Assembly: GCA_041740355.1 (NCBI GenBank)
Contig: JBGSMD010000008.1
Coordinates: 1 to 20,267 of the forward strand
DNA from: Bdellovibrionota bacterium
Lineage (GTDB): Bacteria; Bdellovibrionota_C; UBA2361; CALJRW01
Reading direction: 5' to 3'
Length of the DNA: 20,267 bases
Below, piece by piece: positions 1 to 10,100 of the stretch (positions within the stretch are counted from its first letter, which is position 1; each line of letters opens with the position of its first letter). The notes below the pieces were generated by a model. It saw only the letters and a program-made list of their open reading frames with translations, was not told the DNA's origin and made no database searches. The translations under genes were made by a program, and so were the position numbers.

Positions 1-10
1 GTTGTTTTTA

Positions 11-80
11 GGCATTCAAACCTGGTTTAACCAGGATTTGAAAAGCCGATAAATATTGATTTCTTCAAAATCAATATTTA
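11..80. repeat. Two adjacent inverted repeats (hairpins), possibly terminator/processing structures
   Basis: ggc-a-ttcaaa-cctggtt-t-aaccagg-a-tttgaa-aa-gcc (11-47), and a perfect 13-bp IR taaatattgattt/aaatcaatattta (50-62/68-80). About 200 nt downstream of the 277..1368 stop. Confidence 0.55.
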
Positions 81-276
81 AACGCTAAAGCCCGAACCTC
101 AAAAAATAATTTCCTTAACGGAAATCCTTTTTTGGGTTCTCTATATCCTAATAAATTCATGGTGATAAACTCAGCAATTCTCTTTGTCCGATGAGTTATT
201 GACAGTCCAGCGGTTAGAATAGGTAACTAAGTATCCATAACCCGTACTACTAAAGCTCTCCTAGCAAAGCAGATAT

Positions 277-1368
277 TTATCTTTGAGTTAGTCTTTGTAA
301 GATAGCTAAATCCTTACGCACATCCCTCGTTAAGACAAAAAGATTTTTTTGAATTTCTCCTAATTCTGAAAACTTCGTGGCAGAAGAAAGCGCTGCTTGT
401 AATTTATTAGCATCATATCCTTCCGGTGTTTTAGTAGGACTTAACTTAATACTGATTGTTTTCTTGATTGACGATGATTGATAAACTCGATAAAGAGCTG
501 CCCGCTTACTAAGTAATTGATTATAGCTGGCTAACTCAACATTTAATTTATTTTTTAAATGATCAAATGCCGAGCTTCTTTTGTCATCTGTTCCAGAGGA
601 ATAGCTTACGGCAGTTGAAGAACTAGTTGTATTCGGAGTTGATTGATTATTTAAAGCAAGCTGTAAACGTTGAACTTCTTGTTCTAAGCCAGAAATTTTA
701 TTCGTCGCATCACTCAGCTGACTATTTTGTTTACTTAAATCTGTGCCCCTAGTCATCGCTAAATTTTCATATTGCTGAATCTCGGCATCTTTCTCATCTA
801 ATCTTTTTTGTAATCTAGCTACTTGCTCTCTAGTCTCGCGAAGTGCCGTTTGGTGGTTATCAGAAGAATCCTGTGCCATTTCATAGTTACTAATTACCTT
901 TTCTTTTTCTGATATACTCTCCTGCATACTAAGTAGTCGTTTGTCAGATTGTTGAATAAGCAATTTGAAGTGATCTTCCACTTCACGACAAGAGCATTCC
1001 GGAGCTTCCGGGCATTCGCGCTGTTCCGGACAATTTAAAGCAACTGCTTGTGGACATTCCCTCGGTGCTGGACAATCACAGGTAGGACAATTTGCTTCCG
1101 CTTCTTTTTTAGCTTTCATTTCAGCCATTAAATTGGTCTCTGAAAATTCACTATCTACCGCCTTAAATTTCTGTTCGTTATTAATAGCAATGATCTTATT
1201 TTGAAGTTCATCAATCTTAAGCTCTAGCTCGGCTACGTAATCAACCAGCTGGTATCCTTGGTCATCAGTACGATAGGCACGTCCATCCGGTAATCTTCCA
1301 TTGTCAGTGGAATCTTCAGCCATTAATGGACAAGCAAGTAATAACAGGCAAAGTAATAATTTTTTCAT
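277..1368 (-). CDS. Hypothetical secreted coiled-coil protein with a Cys/Pro-rich linker
   Basis: 363-aa ORF; signal peptide MKKLLLCLLLLACPLMA; heptad-rich E/Q/K/L segments; 8-Cys segment CPTCDCPAPRECPQ...CPEQRECPEAPECSC; S/T linker before a helical C-terminal domain. Confidence 0.8.
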   Translation of the reverse strand: MKKLLLCLLLLACPLMAEDSTDNGRLPDGRAYRTDDQGYQLVDYVAELELKIDELQNKIIAINNEQKFKAVDSEFSETNLMAEMKAKKEAEANCPTCDCPAPRECPQAVALNCPEQRECPEAPECSCREVEDHFKLLIQQSDKRLLSMQESISEKEKVISNYEMAQDSSDNHQTALRETREQVARLQKRLDEKDAEIQQYENLAMTRGTDLSKQNSQLSDATNKISGLEQEVQRLQLALNNQSTPNTTSSSTAVSYSSGTDDKRSSAFDHLKNKLNVELASYNQLLSKRAALYRVYQSSSIKKTISIKLSPTKTPEGYDANKLQAALSSATKFSELGEIQKNLFVLTRDVRKDLAILQRLTQR

Positions 1369-1453
1369 TTTTTAATTCGTAAAGAATAAGTGGTTTGTCG
1401 TCTAACTTAACCATGATTGTACAATTTGTCCTGAATTTTATAGCATATTCCCA

Positions 1454-2287
1454 ATGAAATTGAAGATTAAGTTCTCTAAAAAAACAACTTTTATTTGCTT
1501 GGTGCTAATTATTGCTATGCTTCGAGCTTCCTATTGGCAATGGGAAAGACATTTAGAGAAAGTTGAATACTTAAAGGTACTAGAACAACGGCTAGTGGCT
1601 GTTCCGCTTAACTTTGCCGAACTAGTTAGGTCTAATCCCAAATGGGAAGATTATATTAATTTTAGAGTCCTGCTTGAGGGGAGCTATGATTTTTCGAATG
1701 AAATAGTAATTGCTAATCGTCGGCTAGATGATACTCCTGGCAAGAACGTGATCACCCCACTAAAACTTAAAGATCAGGTTGGTGCCGTTCTAATTAATCG
1801 TGGATTTATCCCCTTAAGTGTTAGTAAAGTTCAAGATCGAATTGCCTTTCAAAAGCCTGAAGAACAAAGAATAATTGGAATTATTAAACCATCGTTGGAA
1901 AGAACTTTTTTTCTGCAACCGCAAGATCCTGAAGTTAGTGTAGCCAAGAAGGATGATAATTGGTTAAGAGTAAATATTTCAGCAATTGGCAAACAAATTG
2001 AATATCCAATCTTACCAATTTATATTGATAAGATTTCTGTAGAGAGAGATCTAGATATTGAAAAAGATTTAATCAAATCAGAGTCTGACAAAACTGATAT
2101 GTTAGTGATGCCTAGTAATAAAGTTAAAATTTCTACCGGTAGCATGAAAGCAGAAGTCTCCTACCCAATTCCCGATCCCGGTAAAGTGATGTCCGCCGGA
2201 AGACACTTGGGATATGTATTTGAGTGGGCTTTTATGGCGTTGCTAACATTCCTGATTGGACTAGTGATTCAACTTAAAAGACATTAG
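1454..2287 (+). CDS. surf1: SURF1/Shy1 family cytochrome c oxidase assembly protein
   Basis: N-terminal TM followed by YWQWERHLEK (WQxxR motif), VITPL, VLINRGFIP, and C-terminal HLGYVFEWAFMA plus TM. Confidence 0.9.
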   Translation: MKLKIKFSKKTTFICLVLIIAMLRASYWQWERHLEKVEYLKVLEQRLVAVPLNFAELVRSNPKWEDYINFRVLLEGSYDFSNEIVIANRRLDDTPGKNVITPLKLKDQVGAVLINRGFIPLSVSKVQDRIAFQKPEEQRIIGIIKPSLERTFFLQPQDPEVSVAKKDDNWLRVNISAIGKQIEYPILPIYIDKISVERDLDIEKDLIKSESDKTDMLVMPSNKVKISTGSMKAEVSYPIPDPGKVMSAGRHLGYVFEWAFMALLTFLIGLVIQLKRH

Positions 2288-2410
2288 TAAAATCTTGGTA
2301 AAACTAAACCAGTTTAGTCATAATATTGTTAGATGTTAATTCAGACGTTAAAAAAATCGCTAATTTTTTAGAACCCTGCTTCAACCAAAAACTAGATTTT
2401 TTGTAGTTCT

Positions 2411-3283
2411 TTAATTTTCAATCATCCAATCAACTCCTTTGTATCTGATAAAATCTCCAAAAGTATTAATCAGTAATTGATTACTAACTTGTTGGTTTCC
2501 AAGCAGAGTGTGCATGCCCAGCGCCTTTGCATCTTCATAGGAAATTGAAGTTGGGTAAGGAAAGTTATACTTACTTTGTAAGGCAATAATTAAATCTTTA
2601 GTTTTAAGTGGAGCTCCATCAGCGACATTTATTGCTCGCGGAAGTTCTTGGTTTAAATTTAAACTTTTGAAAATTACTTCGACCAAGTCTTCAATGTGAA
2701 TACGATTGGAATATCGTTCCCCATTTTCAATTAATGGATAACTACCTCTTATTAAACTAGTCCTAGGATTATGTTGATTAGAAGTAATTCCTGCAATTCT
2801 TAAAGCACAAAAATTAACAATATTTTGCCGATATAACTCTTCAGATTTAAATCGTGCCTGCCCACGATCACTTAGTGGCTTAATTGGTGAATCTTCGCTG
2901 ACAACCTCCCCATTAACTGCGCCGTAGACGCCAGTTGTGCTAAGATAAATTAATCTTTTAAGTGGATAGTCTTTTAAAACAGAAACTAGATTTCTAACGC
3001 CGACAAGTGAATCATCTAAAGATGAGCTTTGATTTGCAAAAATCGGAGGAACAGAGTCAATGATAATTTCTAAATCTGAATATTTTACAAAAAAATCTTG
3101 TAGTGCTGAATAATTTAGAATATCAAGTTGCTCAGCAGTAAATCCGGCTGCCCGAAAAAGATTTACTTGCTCCTGACGACGAGAAGTAATAACAAATTGA
3201 GCATTTTTGGTTCCTTCTTGCTGAAGCTTTTTAGCTAATAGTGAAAGGACGTTTCCGCCGCCGAGTAATAAAATCTTAGTCAT
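2411..3283 (-). CDS. NAD-dependent epimerase/dehydratase (atypical SDR, YeeZ-like)
   Basis: N-terminal Rossmann ILLLGGGNV, then YLSTTGVYG...VSEDSP, NRIHIEDL and INVAD. The start overlaps the pdxH stop (TAATG). Confidence 0.85.
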   Translation of the reverse strand: MTKILLLGGGNVLSLLAKKLQQEGTKNAQFVITSRRQEQVNLFRAAGFTAEQLDILNYSALQDFFVKYSDLEIIIDSVPPIFANQSSSLDDSLVGVRNLVSVLKDYPLKRLIYLSTTGVYGAVNGEVVSEDSPIKPLSDRGQARFKSEELYRQNIVNFCALRIAGITSNQHNPRTSLIRGSYPLIENGERYSNRIHIEDLVEVIFKSLNLNQELPRAINVADGAPLKTKDLIIALQSKYNFPYPTSISYEDAKALGMHTLLGNQQVSNQLLINTFGDFIRYKGVDWMIEN

Positions 3284-3951
3284 TAGGGACTAAGACGATA
3301 GGTTTCCCAGTTCTTGTCTTTTAATTCAAAAACCAAACGATCGTGTAGACGGCTGCGCCTTCCTTGCCAGAATTCATAGTAGAACGGAGTAATTTGATAC
3401 CCACCCCAATAGTCCGGACGAGTAACTTTTTTGACTAAGGATTTGCGCTCTAATTCCTTCATTTGATCTTCAATTACCTGACGACTTTCAATTCGTGTAC
3501 TTTGCCGAGAAACTAAAGCCCCTAGTCGAGATACAAATGGTCGCGATTCAAAATATGTTTCTGAAATTTCAATCGGTGTTTTTTCAATTGTCGCTTGAAT
3601 TCGAACTTGTCTTTCAAGGTTTGGCCAAAAGAATAAGACTGAGACTTTATTATTCACCGCAATTTCTTTAGCTTTTTGACTGTCATAATTGCTAAAGAAA
3701 ATAAGTTTTTCGTTTTGAATTGCTTTTAAAAGGACCGTCCGAATGTTTGGTTGCTGGTCTTGATCACAAGTTGCCAGACTAAAAGCATTTGGTTCCGCTA
3801 ACCCTGCTTGATAAGCTTCTTCTAACCAACTGTAGAACTGCTTGATCGGAGTTTCAAGTAGCTTATCTTCCGTTAGAGTATTAGCAGTGTAGTCCTTGCG
3901 AATGGACTCATAAATTTGATCAATAAAAATTATGCTATCGTTATCGCTCAT
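3283..3951 (-). CDS. pdxH: Pyridoxine/pyridoxamine 5'-phosphate oxidase
   Basis: EPNAFSLAT, RTVLLK, FFWPNLERQVRI, YFESRP, RPDYWGGY, and the EFWQGRRSRLHDR signature; C-terminal RLSP. Confidence 0.96.
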   Translation of the reverse strand: MSDNDSIIFIDQIYESIRKDYTANTLTEDKLLETPIKQFYSWLEEAYQAGLAEPNAFSLATCDQDQQPNIRTVLLKAIQNEKLIFFSNYDSQKAKEIAVNNKVSVLFFWPNLERQVRIQATIEKTPIEISETYFESRPFVSRLGALVSRQSTRIESRQVIEDQMKELERKSLVKKVTRPDYWGGYQITPFYYEFWQGRRSRLHDRLVFELKDKNWETYRLSP

Positions 3952-3966
3952 AATACCAACTTCAGC

Positions 3967-5139
3967 CTAAGATTTAGGATTTCTTTTAAATACAAATAAG
4001 AATGTTAATACGGTACTAAATACTAAGATAAAGCCCAAGATCAAAAATAAAGCCCACTCTTTCCAAGTCCAATTGTAGAGTGCTTCTGGTAGAGTTACTA
4101 ACCAAACTTCTGTTTTGGTTGTTTCGCCATCCTTGGAAAGACCATTTGTGACAGCAATAGTTTCTGCATCTAAAAGTGCTAAACCTTCTGCGCTATTATA
4201 ATTCCAACCTAATTCATTTAAATCAACCAAGATTGTTTTTTCTAAGGGTTTAGCAATCAACTGATTTGGACCAAAGATTTCAGTATTAGCAAATTCCAGT
4301 TCTTGCCCAACAAATTTTAATTCACTTATATCCGTTGCGCCAGCTAACTTAATTAGAACAACTCGGTTAATAACTTTTCCAGCTTTACTCGTTCCTTGTT
4401 CAATAGCCAGCAAGCGAGTGTCATCAATCGCCTGTAAATCATCAATCTTAACTTCAGCTGTAGCAGCATAATCATTTAATTCAAATGGCAAGGCATAGGT
4501 TTTAGATGTATTACTTTCTGGATTAAACTCTACAAGACGAATAAATTTTGCAGTACCACTAGCCTCACCCCCGAAAACTAAAGGACTTTGAATCACTGTA
4601 TAAACTTTTCCTCCCGGAGCGACGGCAACACTTTTTAAAATACCTTGTTTTAAAATTTCTGGAAGTCCCGCTCCTGGCTTTACTACTTGTTTAATAGCTC
4701 CAGTTTCAAGATCTACTTTGAGTAAAGCATTTTGCTTAGAATCTACTAGCCAGAGAATGTCATCTGGTGCTGTAGAAATTCCTGCTAAATTAACATTTAA
4801 ATTTTCAGCTTTTTCAAAATAAAGGGGAAATCGATCCGTTACTTCAAACGTTCCTTTTTTCTTTTTTAGCTTAGCAATTGCTACGTGGGGAATTGTAGCA
4901 TCACTGCGCTTATCTTTTCCGTCTGTTATTTGAAATTCACCATTTGGAGTTAGATAGAACATTAAAATTCCACCTGCATAGGGGCTAGATTTTTTAAAAG
5001 CTATGCCCGATCCATATTTAAAATCATAGTTCTTAGCAGCGTTAAGTTCATAGCGCTCGACGATATTTTGATCTTCAGAGAAAGCGATGATTGGGCACAA
5101 TAAGCAGAGCGCTAGTGCAATAGTTAGACATTTAATCAT
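3967..5139 (-). CDS. Phytase-like (esterase-like activity of phytase) beta-propeller, exported, with C-terminal TM anchor; probably degenerate
   Basis: Signal peptide; motifs YGSGI, VIQSPL, RLVEFNP..YALP, KIDDL.A...LLAIEQ and AEGLA; C-terminal hydrophobic helix followed by KRNPKS. Confidence 0.7.
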   Translation of the reverse strand: MIKCLTIALALCLLCPIIAFSEDQNIVERYELNAAKNYDFKYGSGIAFKKSSPYAGGILMFYLTPNGEFQITDGKDKRSDATIPHVAIAKLKKKKGTFEVTDRFPLYFEKAENLNVNLAGISTAPDDILWLVDSKQNALLKVDLETGAIKQVVKPGAGLPEILKQGILKSVAVAPGGKVYTVIQSPLVFGGEASGTAKFIRLVEFNPESNTSKTYALPFELNDYAATAEVKIDDLQAIDDTRLLAIEQGTSKAGKVINRVVLIKLAGATDISELKFVGQELEFANTEIFGPNQLIAKPLEKTILVDLNELGWNYNSAEGLALLDAETIAVTNGLSKDGETTKTEVWLVTLPEALYNWTWKEWALFLILGFILVFSTVLTFLFVFKRNPKS

Positions 5140-5226
5140 GATTTTTTATTATAATTACAGTGCTTGAATTTTAGAGAAATTCGAGCAAGAAGTCGAGGAA
5201 AGGAAATTGATTTATTCCAAGAATAT

Positions 5227-5469
5227 TTACTTTATGCGGAGGAGATCTTGAACGGCGATATCCTCATCTAGGTCTAACCAATGTATACCGATGCCTTGAC
5301 CAATCAAACGCCAATTTCTACGGTGTTCATGTGATGCAGTTAATAATCTTGGAAACCATACTAATGGAGCTGATATTTCACGGCCATCTGATAGAAAGAC
5401 CTTTAATGATTGTTCTGAAATATTAACATCAACAGCTAACGCTTCAAGTTTATCTGGCAAAGAACTCAT
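5227..5469 (-). CDS. DUF2442 family protein (putative antitoxin), 80 aa
   Basis: LSDGREISAPLVWFPRL...RRNW..IG.GIGIHW.DLDEDI..LL. The true start is probably ATG 5469, with AAGGAG at 5477-5482, rather than 5505. Confidence 0.88.
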   Translation of the reverse strand: MSSLPDKLEALAVDVNISEQSLKVFLSDGREISAPLVWFPRLLTASHEHRRNWRLIGQGIGIHWLDLDEDIAVQDLLRIK

Positions 5470-5685
5470 TCCAACGCTCCTTAATAACTTCAGTTCGAAG
5501 TTCAACTATTTTTCGAATTTCTGCAAGCTCTATCGCATTAAAGCCACTTGAAAAAGCAAATCGAACAGGATCTACTCAAAACTTGCAGTAGCTATTTTCT
5601 TTTTCTACATGAACATGTATCGGCTCATTACGGTCAGAACTAAAGAAGAAGAACCGGTACTTTTAAATTCAAAGATCGTTGGCAT
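5450..5685 (-). pseudogene. DUF4160 family (putative toxin) pseudogene
   Basis: Reconstructed MPTIFEFKx YRFFFFSSDRNEPIHVHVEKENSYCKF*VDPVRFAFSSGFNAIELAEIRKIVELRTEVIKERWNEFFAR. One base is missing near 5660-5664 and there is an in-frame TGA at 5576-5578. Overlaps the DUF2442 start as in typical TA pairs. Absent from the ORF track. Confidence 0.88.
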
Positions 5686-5875
5686 GAATATAGTAATTTA
5701 TTGAATATCGAATTGCTACGAGGAACGCAGTTTTCTTGGAGAATCAATCGATGATTTACATAGAAAGTTGTTTAGATAACAACAGAAGTTTTTAAATTAG
5801 TAGCTCACTTATTATTGGTATTAATCTGTCACTACTAAGTAGCTAATTCGCTTGCTATATTCTTGAATTTTGAGA

Positions 5876-5914
5876 TTTGATAGGTTGACCTATCAAAAAT
5901 GATAGGCCAACTAT
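5876..5914 (-). terminator. Hairpin/palindrome downstream of nrdB
   Basis: The minus strand folds as atagttggcctatca-tttt-tgataggtcaac-ctat with a G-U pair, about 47 nt after the nrdB stop. No clear U-tract. Confidence 0.5.
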
Positions 5915-5960
5915 TTGTATGCACTTCGATAAACTCGGGCTTGGTACAATACTTCGTTTT

Positions 5961-7052
5961 CTACCAAGCTAAAGATCCAGCAGTTTGATACTCAGTAACA
6001 CGAGTTTCAAAAAAGTTTTTCTCTTTACCAAGGTCAATTGTTTCACTCATCCATGGGAATGGATTCTTAGAACCAAAGATTGCATTTAATCCAATACGCT
6101 CGACACGACGATCCGCAATGTACTGCACATAATCTCGGAACATTTCATGATTTAATCCTAAGATTCCACGAGGTAAGCAATCAACAGCATAAGCATATTC
6201 CAACTCAACTGCTTGTTTTATTAAGTCATAGATTTCTGCTTTGAATTCTTCTGTCCAGATATCTGGATTCTCAGCTTTAATTCCATTGATTAAATCAATT
6301 CCAAAATTTAAGTGAATTGTTTCATCACGTAAGATGTACTGAAACTGCTCACCAACACCAGTCATTCGATTCTGGCGATGGAAAGATAAGATCATCGCAA
6401 AACCACTGTAGAAAAAAAGTCCTTCCATGATTAAGTAGTAACCAATTAAGTTACGAACAAATCTTTGCTGACCTTGCGTTGTTGCAGTACTAAAATTAGG
6501 ATCAATTAATTCTTGAGTAAACTGCATTTCAAAAGCATCTTTCTTATGAATGGCTGGAATCTCATTGTACATATTAAAGATTTCACTTTCATCAAGGTTA
6601 AGTGATTCTACGATGTAATGAAATGTGTGTGTATGAATTGCTTCCTCAAATCCTTGGCGTAATAAATACTGACGACACTCTGGATTTGTAACATGCTTAA
6701 ATATTGCTAGCACAATGTTATTACCAACAAGGCTTTCCGCAGTACTAAAGAAACCTAAGTTTCTTTTAATAACCAGACGCTCATCATCAGTTAAGGTATT
6801 AGATTTCCATAGTTCAATGTCTTTAGACATTGGGACTTCCGTTGGCATCCAGTTATTGGCGCAACCATTTAGGTAATGTTCCCAGGCCCACTTGTACTTA
6901 AGAGGCATTAGCTGGTTAACATCCACTGCATTGCAATTTACTAAACGTTTTTGATCTGCTCTAAAGCGTGCTTGATTTCCAAGAAGCGCTTCCGCTGCTG
7001 CTTGTTTTTCTTTAGAATCGTTATTTCCTTCATTGTCTCCGAAGTCTAACAT
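5961..7052 (-). CDS. nrdB: Ribonucleotide reductase beta subunit, class Ic (R2c, Mn/Fe) type
   Basis: Ligands E106, E137/H140, E210, E244/H247; Phe144 at the tyrosyl-radical position; C-terminal [21 protein letters not shown]; AGGAG RBS upstream. Confidence 0.95.
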   Translation of the reverse strand: MLDFGDNEGNNDSKEKQAAAEALLGNQARFRADQKRLVNCNAVDVNQLMPLKYKWAWEHYLNGCANNWMPTEVPMSKDIELWKSNTLTDDERLVIKRNLGFFSTAESLVGNNIVLAIFKHVTNPECRQYLLRQGFEEAIHTHTFHYIVESLNLDESEIFNMYNEIPAIHKKDAFEMQFTQELIDPNFSTATTQGQQRFVRNLIGYYLIMEGLFFYSGFAMILSFHRQNRMTGVGEQFQYILRDETIHLNFGIDLINGIKAENPDIWTEEFKAEIYDLIKQAVELEYAYAVDCLPRGILGLNHEMFRDYVQYIADRRVERIGLNAIFGSKNPFPWMSETIDLGKEKNFFETRVTEYQTAGSLAW

Positions 7053-7095
7053 GTCTTATCTCCTAAGTTATATTTACAAATTAAAATTTTTACAG

Positions 7096-7113
7096 CGTCT
7101 GCTTAAGCAGACG
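7096..7113. repeat. Perfect 18-bp palindrome in the nrdA-nrdB spacer
   Basis: CGTCTGCTTAAGCAGACG. Confidence 0.7.
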
Positions 7114-7126
7114 TTACTTTTGTTAT

Positions 7127-10100
7127 TTACTGACAGCTTTCACACTCACCATCAAGATTTTGGGTCTCTTTTGGAAGTGCTGCTGCATCACGGTTTATGT
7201 TTACTTCACCAGAGGAAGATTTATTTTTCATCCATCTAGGTTGTAGTCCGCGCTTATTAACATCCATCGTTGATTTCTCAATCTGAGTTGCGCCTAAACA
7301 TCTTAAATAATAAGTAGTTTTCAAACCTTTTTTCCAGGCAGAAAAATACATTTCATTTAATTTTTTCCCATTCGGCTCAGCCATATAAAGGTTAAGTGAC
7401 TGACCCATATCAATCCACTTCTGACGACGGGCAGCACAATCAACAATCCATTCCGGATCAATTTCAAATGATGTTAAGTAAATTTGCTTAATATCATTGG
7501 GAATTCTTTCGATTTCCAAAATTGAACCATCAAAATATTTCAGATCATCAACCATCTCTTCGTCCCAAAGATCTAATTTCTTCAGTTCGTGAACTAGGAA
7601 GTCATTAATTACAATGAACTCACCAGATAAGTTCGACTTAGCAAACAAGTGCTTGTAGGCTGGTTCGATTGATTGAGTAACACCTGAAATATTAGAGATT
7701 GTCGCTGTTGGAGCAATCGCCATCGTGTTGCTATTACGCATCCCATACTTCTTGATTGAATCACGAACAACCTGCCAGTCTAAAGTAGTTTCTTTATTTA
7801 GATCACAATAAGCTGCACCACGATTTTTTTCTAAGATTTCTAAGGTATCAATTGGAAGCAATCCGCGATCCCATTTAGATCCTTGGTAAGATGGATAAGC
7901 ACCACGTTCTTTAGCTAACTCACTAGAGCCTAAGATTGCGTAGTAAGAAATAAGTTCCATCGAACGATCGGCGAACTCTACTGCCTCCGGACTCGCATAG
8001 CTTACTCGCTTCATGTACAAGCAATCTTGGAATCCCATCAGCCCTAAGCCGATTGGACGATGCTGTAAGTTAGAGAACCCTGCTTCTGGAATTGGGTAGA
8101 AGTTGATATCGATAACGTTATCCAACATACGGATTGCTGTTTTGATATTCTTAGCAAGTAATTCGCGATCAAGTTCACCATTAGCTTTAATATGCTTAGG
8201 TAAGTTTAATGATCCTAAGTTACAAACAGCAGTTTCTTTTTCAGAAGTATTTAATAATATCTCTGTGCAAAGGTTAGAGCTATGAACAACACCTTTATGA
8301 TCTTGAGGAGATCGTAAATTAGAAGGATCTTTAAAAGTAATCCATGGGTGACCTGTTTCAAACAACATGCTCAGCATTTTTCTCCAAAGAGTTAATGCTT
8401 CAACGGTTTTGTAAAGTTTGATTTCGCCTTTCGCAACCATTGTTTCGTATTCTTGGTAACGCTTATCAAAGGCTGAGCCGTAAAGATCATGCAGGTCTGG
8501 AACATCACTTGGGCTAAACATTGTCCAGTTACCGTTTTCAGCAACACGCTTCATAAACAAATCTGGAATCCAGTTTGCAGTATTCATGTCATGAGTTCTG
8601 CGACGTTCATCCCCAGTATTCTTACGAAGCTCTAAGAAATCTTCTAAGTCTAAGTGCCAAGTTTCTAAGTAAGCACACATTGCCCCTTTTCTCTTCCCAC
8701 CTTGATTAACTGCGACCGCCGTATCATTAGCAACTTTTAAGAATGGCACGACACCTTGGCTACGTCCGTTAGTTCCTTTAATAGTTGCGCCAGTAGCACG
8801 AACATTGGTCCAGTCGTTACCAAGTCCACCAGCCCATTTAGATAATTGTGCGTCATCAGAAACTAATTTGAAGATGCTATGTAAATCGTCAGTTACAGTT
8901 GAAAGATAACAAGAGCTCATTTGTGAGTGACAAGTTCCGGAATTAAATAATGTTGGAGTACTCGAGACGTAGTACATTTGAGACAGAATGTCGTAGAACT
9001 CTACGGCTCTTTCGTTCTTATTCTCTTCTCTTAAGGCTAAGCCCATCGCCACACGCATCCAGAAAATTTGCGGAGTCTCAATGCGACGATCCTCGTGGTG
9101 CGTTAAGTAACGATCGTAAATTGTTTGCAGTCCAAGATAAGTGAAATCTAGGTCTCGACCTAAATCCATGGCCGCTGCAAGTTTAGCAATATCATAAGAT
9201 TTTAAATCTGGGGTCAATCGGCCTACTTGAACACCAAAATCAATGTACTGCGTGAAATACTCTTGGTGAATTTTTTTAATATCAGCGTGATTAGCTGGAG
9301 TAGAAATCGTCTCCCGATAAATTTCATCTAAAAGTAAACGGGCAGTTAAGAAAGTGTAATCTGGTTCCTTCTCTACTTTTGCTCGAGCTGACATAATTGC
9401 CGCTTGATCTACTTCCCGACGACGAATCCCCTGATAGAAATTTTTGAGCATGTCAGTGCGAACTTCATCGGCATCAACATTTAAATTCAAGCACGCGTAA
9501 TCAATGCGCTTCTTGATTTCCAACTCGGACATTTTAGTCTCACTACCATCAGCTTCGGTAACTTTATAAAGCGTTCCCAAGTCTTCAACTGGTGTAGTTT
9601 TTTGAGTAGTCGCGGTTTTTGCTTCTGACTTAGCTAAGATCGGAGCAAAATCTTCCTCCATTCCTTCGCCACTCTCTCGAAGCTTAGCACGTAGGGAGCG
9701 ATAGAGAATGTAGTTCTTAGCTTCTTGGTAGAAACTTTCCGACATCAACTGACGTTCAACTTCGTCTTGAATAAACTCGACAGAAATTTCTTTCCCCTCG
9801 TTATTAAAATCACAAACTTTATTAACTACTTTATTGGTAAGCAGATTGACGGCTTGAATGACTTCAGATGGTGTTACTCCATCAACAGCACGAGTACTAC
9901 GGAAACATGCTTCTACAGCAGAAGCAATTTTCATTGGGTTGAAACGAACTTCCTTGCCATCACGTCTCATCACACGAATGTTGCGAGGAGAATCATCACG
10001 AAGTTGCTTATGTTGATCACGGTAAACAATATAGTCACGAGCCACGTCATGGTGTCCGCATTCCATTAATTTAACTTCAACGATATCTTGAATACCTTCT

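Noticed and set aside
73-238. Minus-strand frame MDT*LPILTAG...MNLLGYREPKKGFPLRKLFFEVRALAFKY as a small gene or pseudogene
   Set aside because: Internal TAG, no RBS and no recognisable family.
5576-5578. UGA recoding (genetic code 4/25) or programmed frameshifting rescuing DUF4160
   Set aside because: All long ORFs are complete in the standard code with TGG for Trp. The TTTAAAAG run is not in a canonical slippery-site frame, and two rescue events would be needed.
5923-5940. CTTCGATAAACTCGGG resembling a widespread REP-like CTTCGACAAGCTCAG repeat
   Set aside because: Single degenerate copy with no inverted partner.
7033-10069. Plus-strand ORFs 7033..7239, 8103..8285, 8950..9144 and 9725..10069
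   Set aside because: Antisense shadows of nrdA/nrdB with no motifs.
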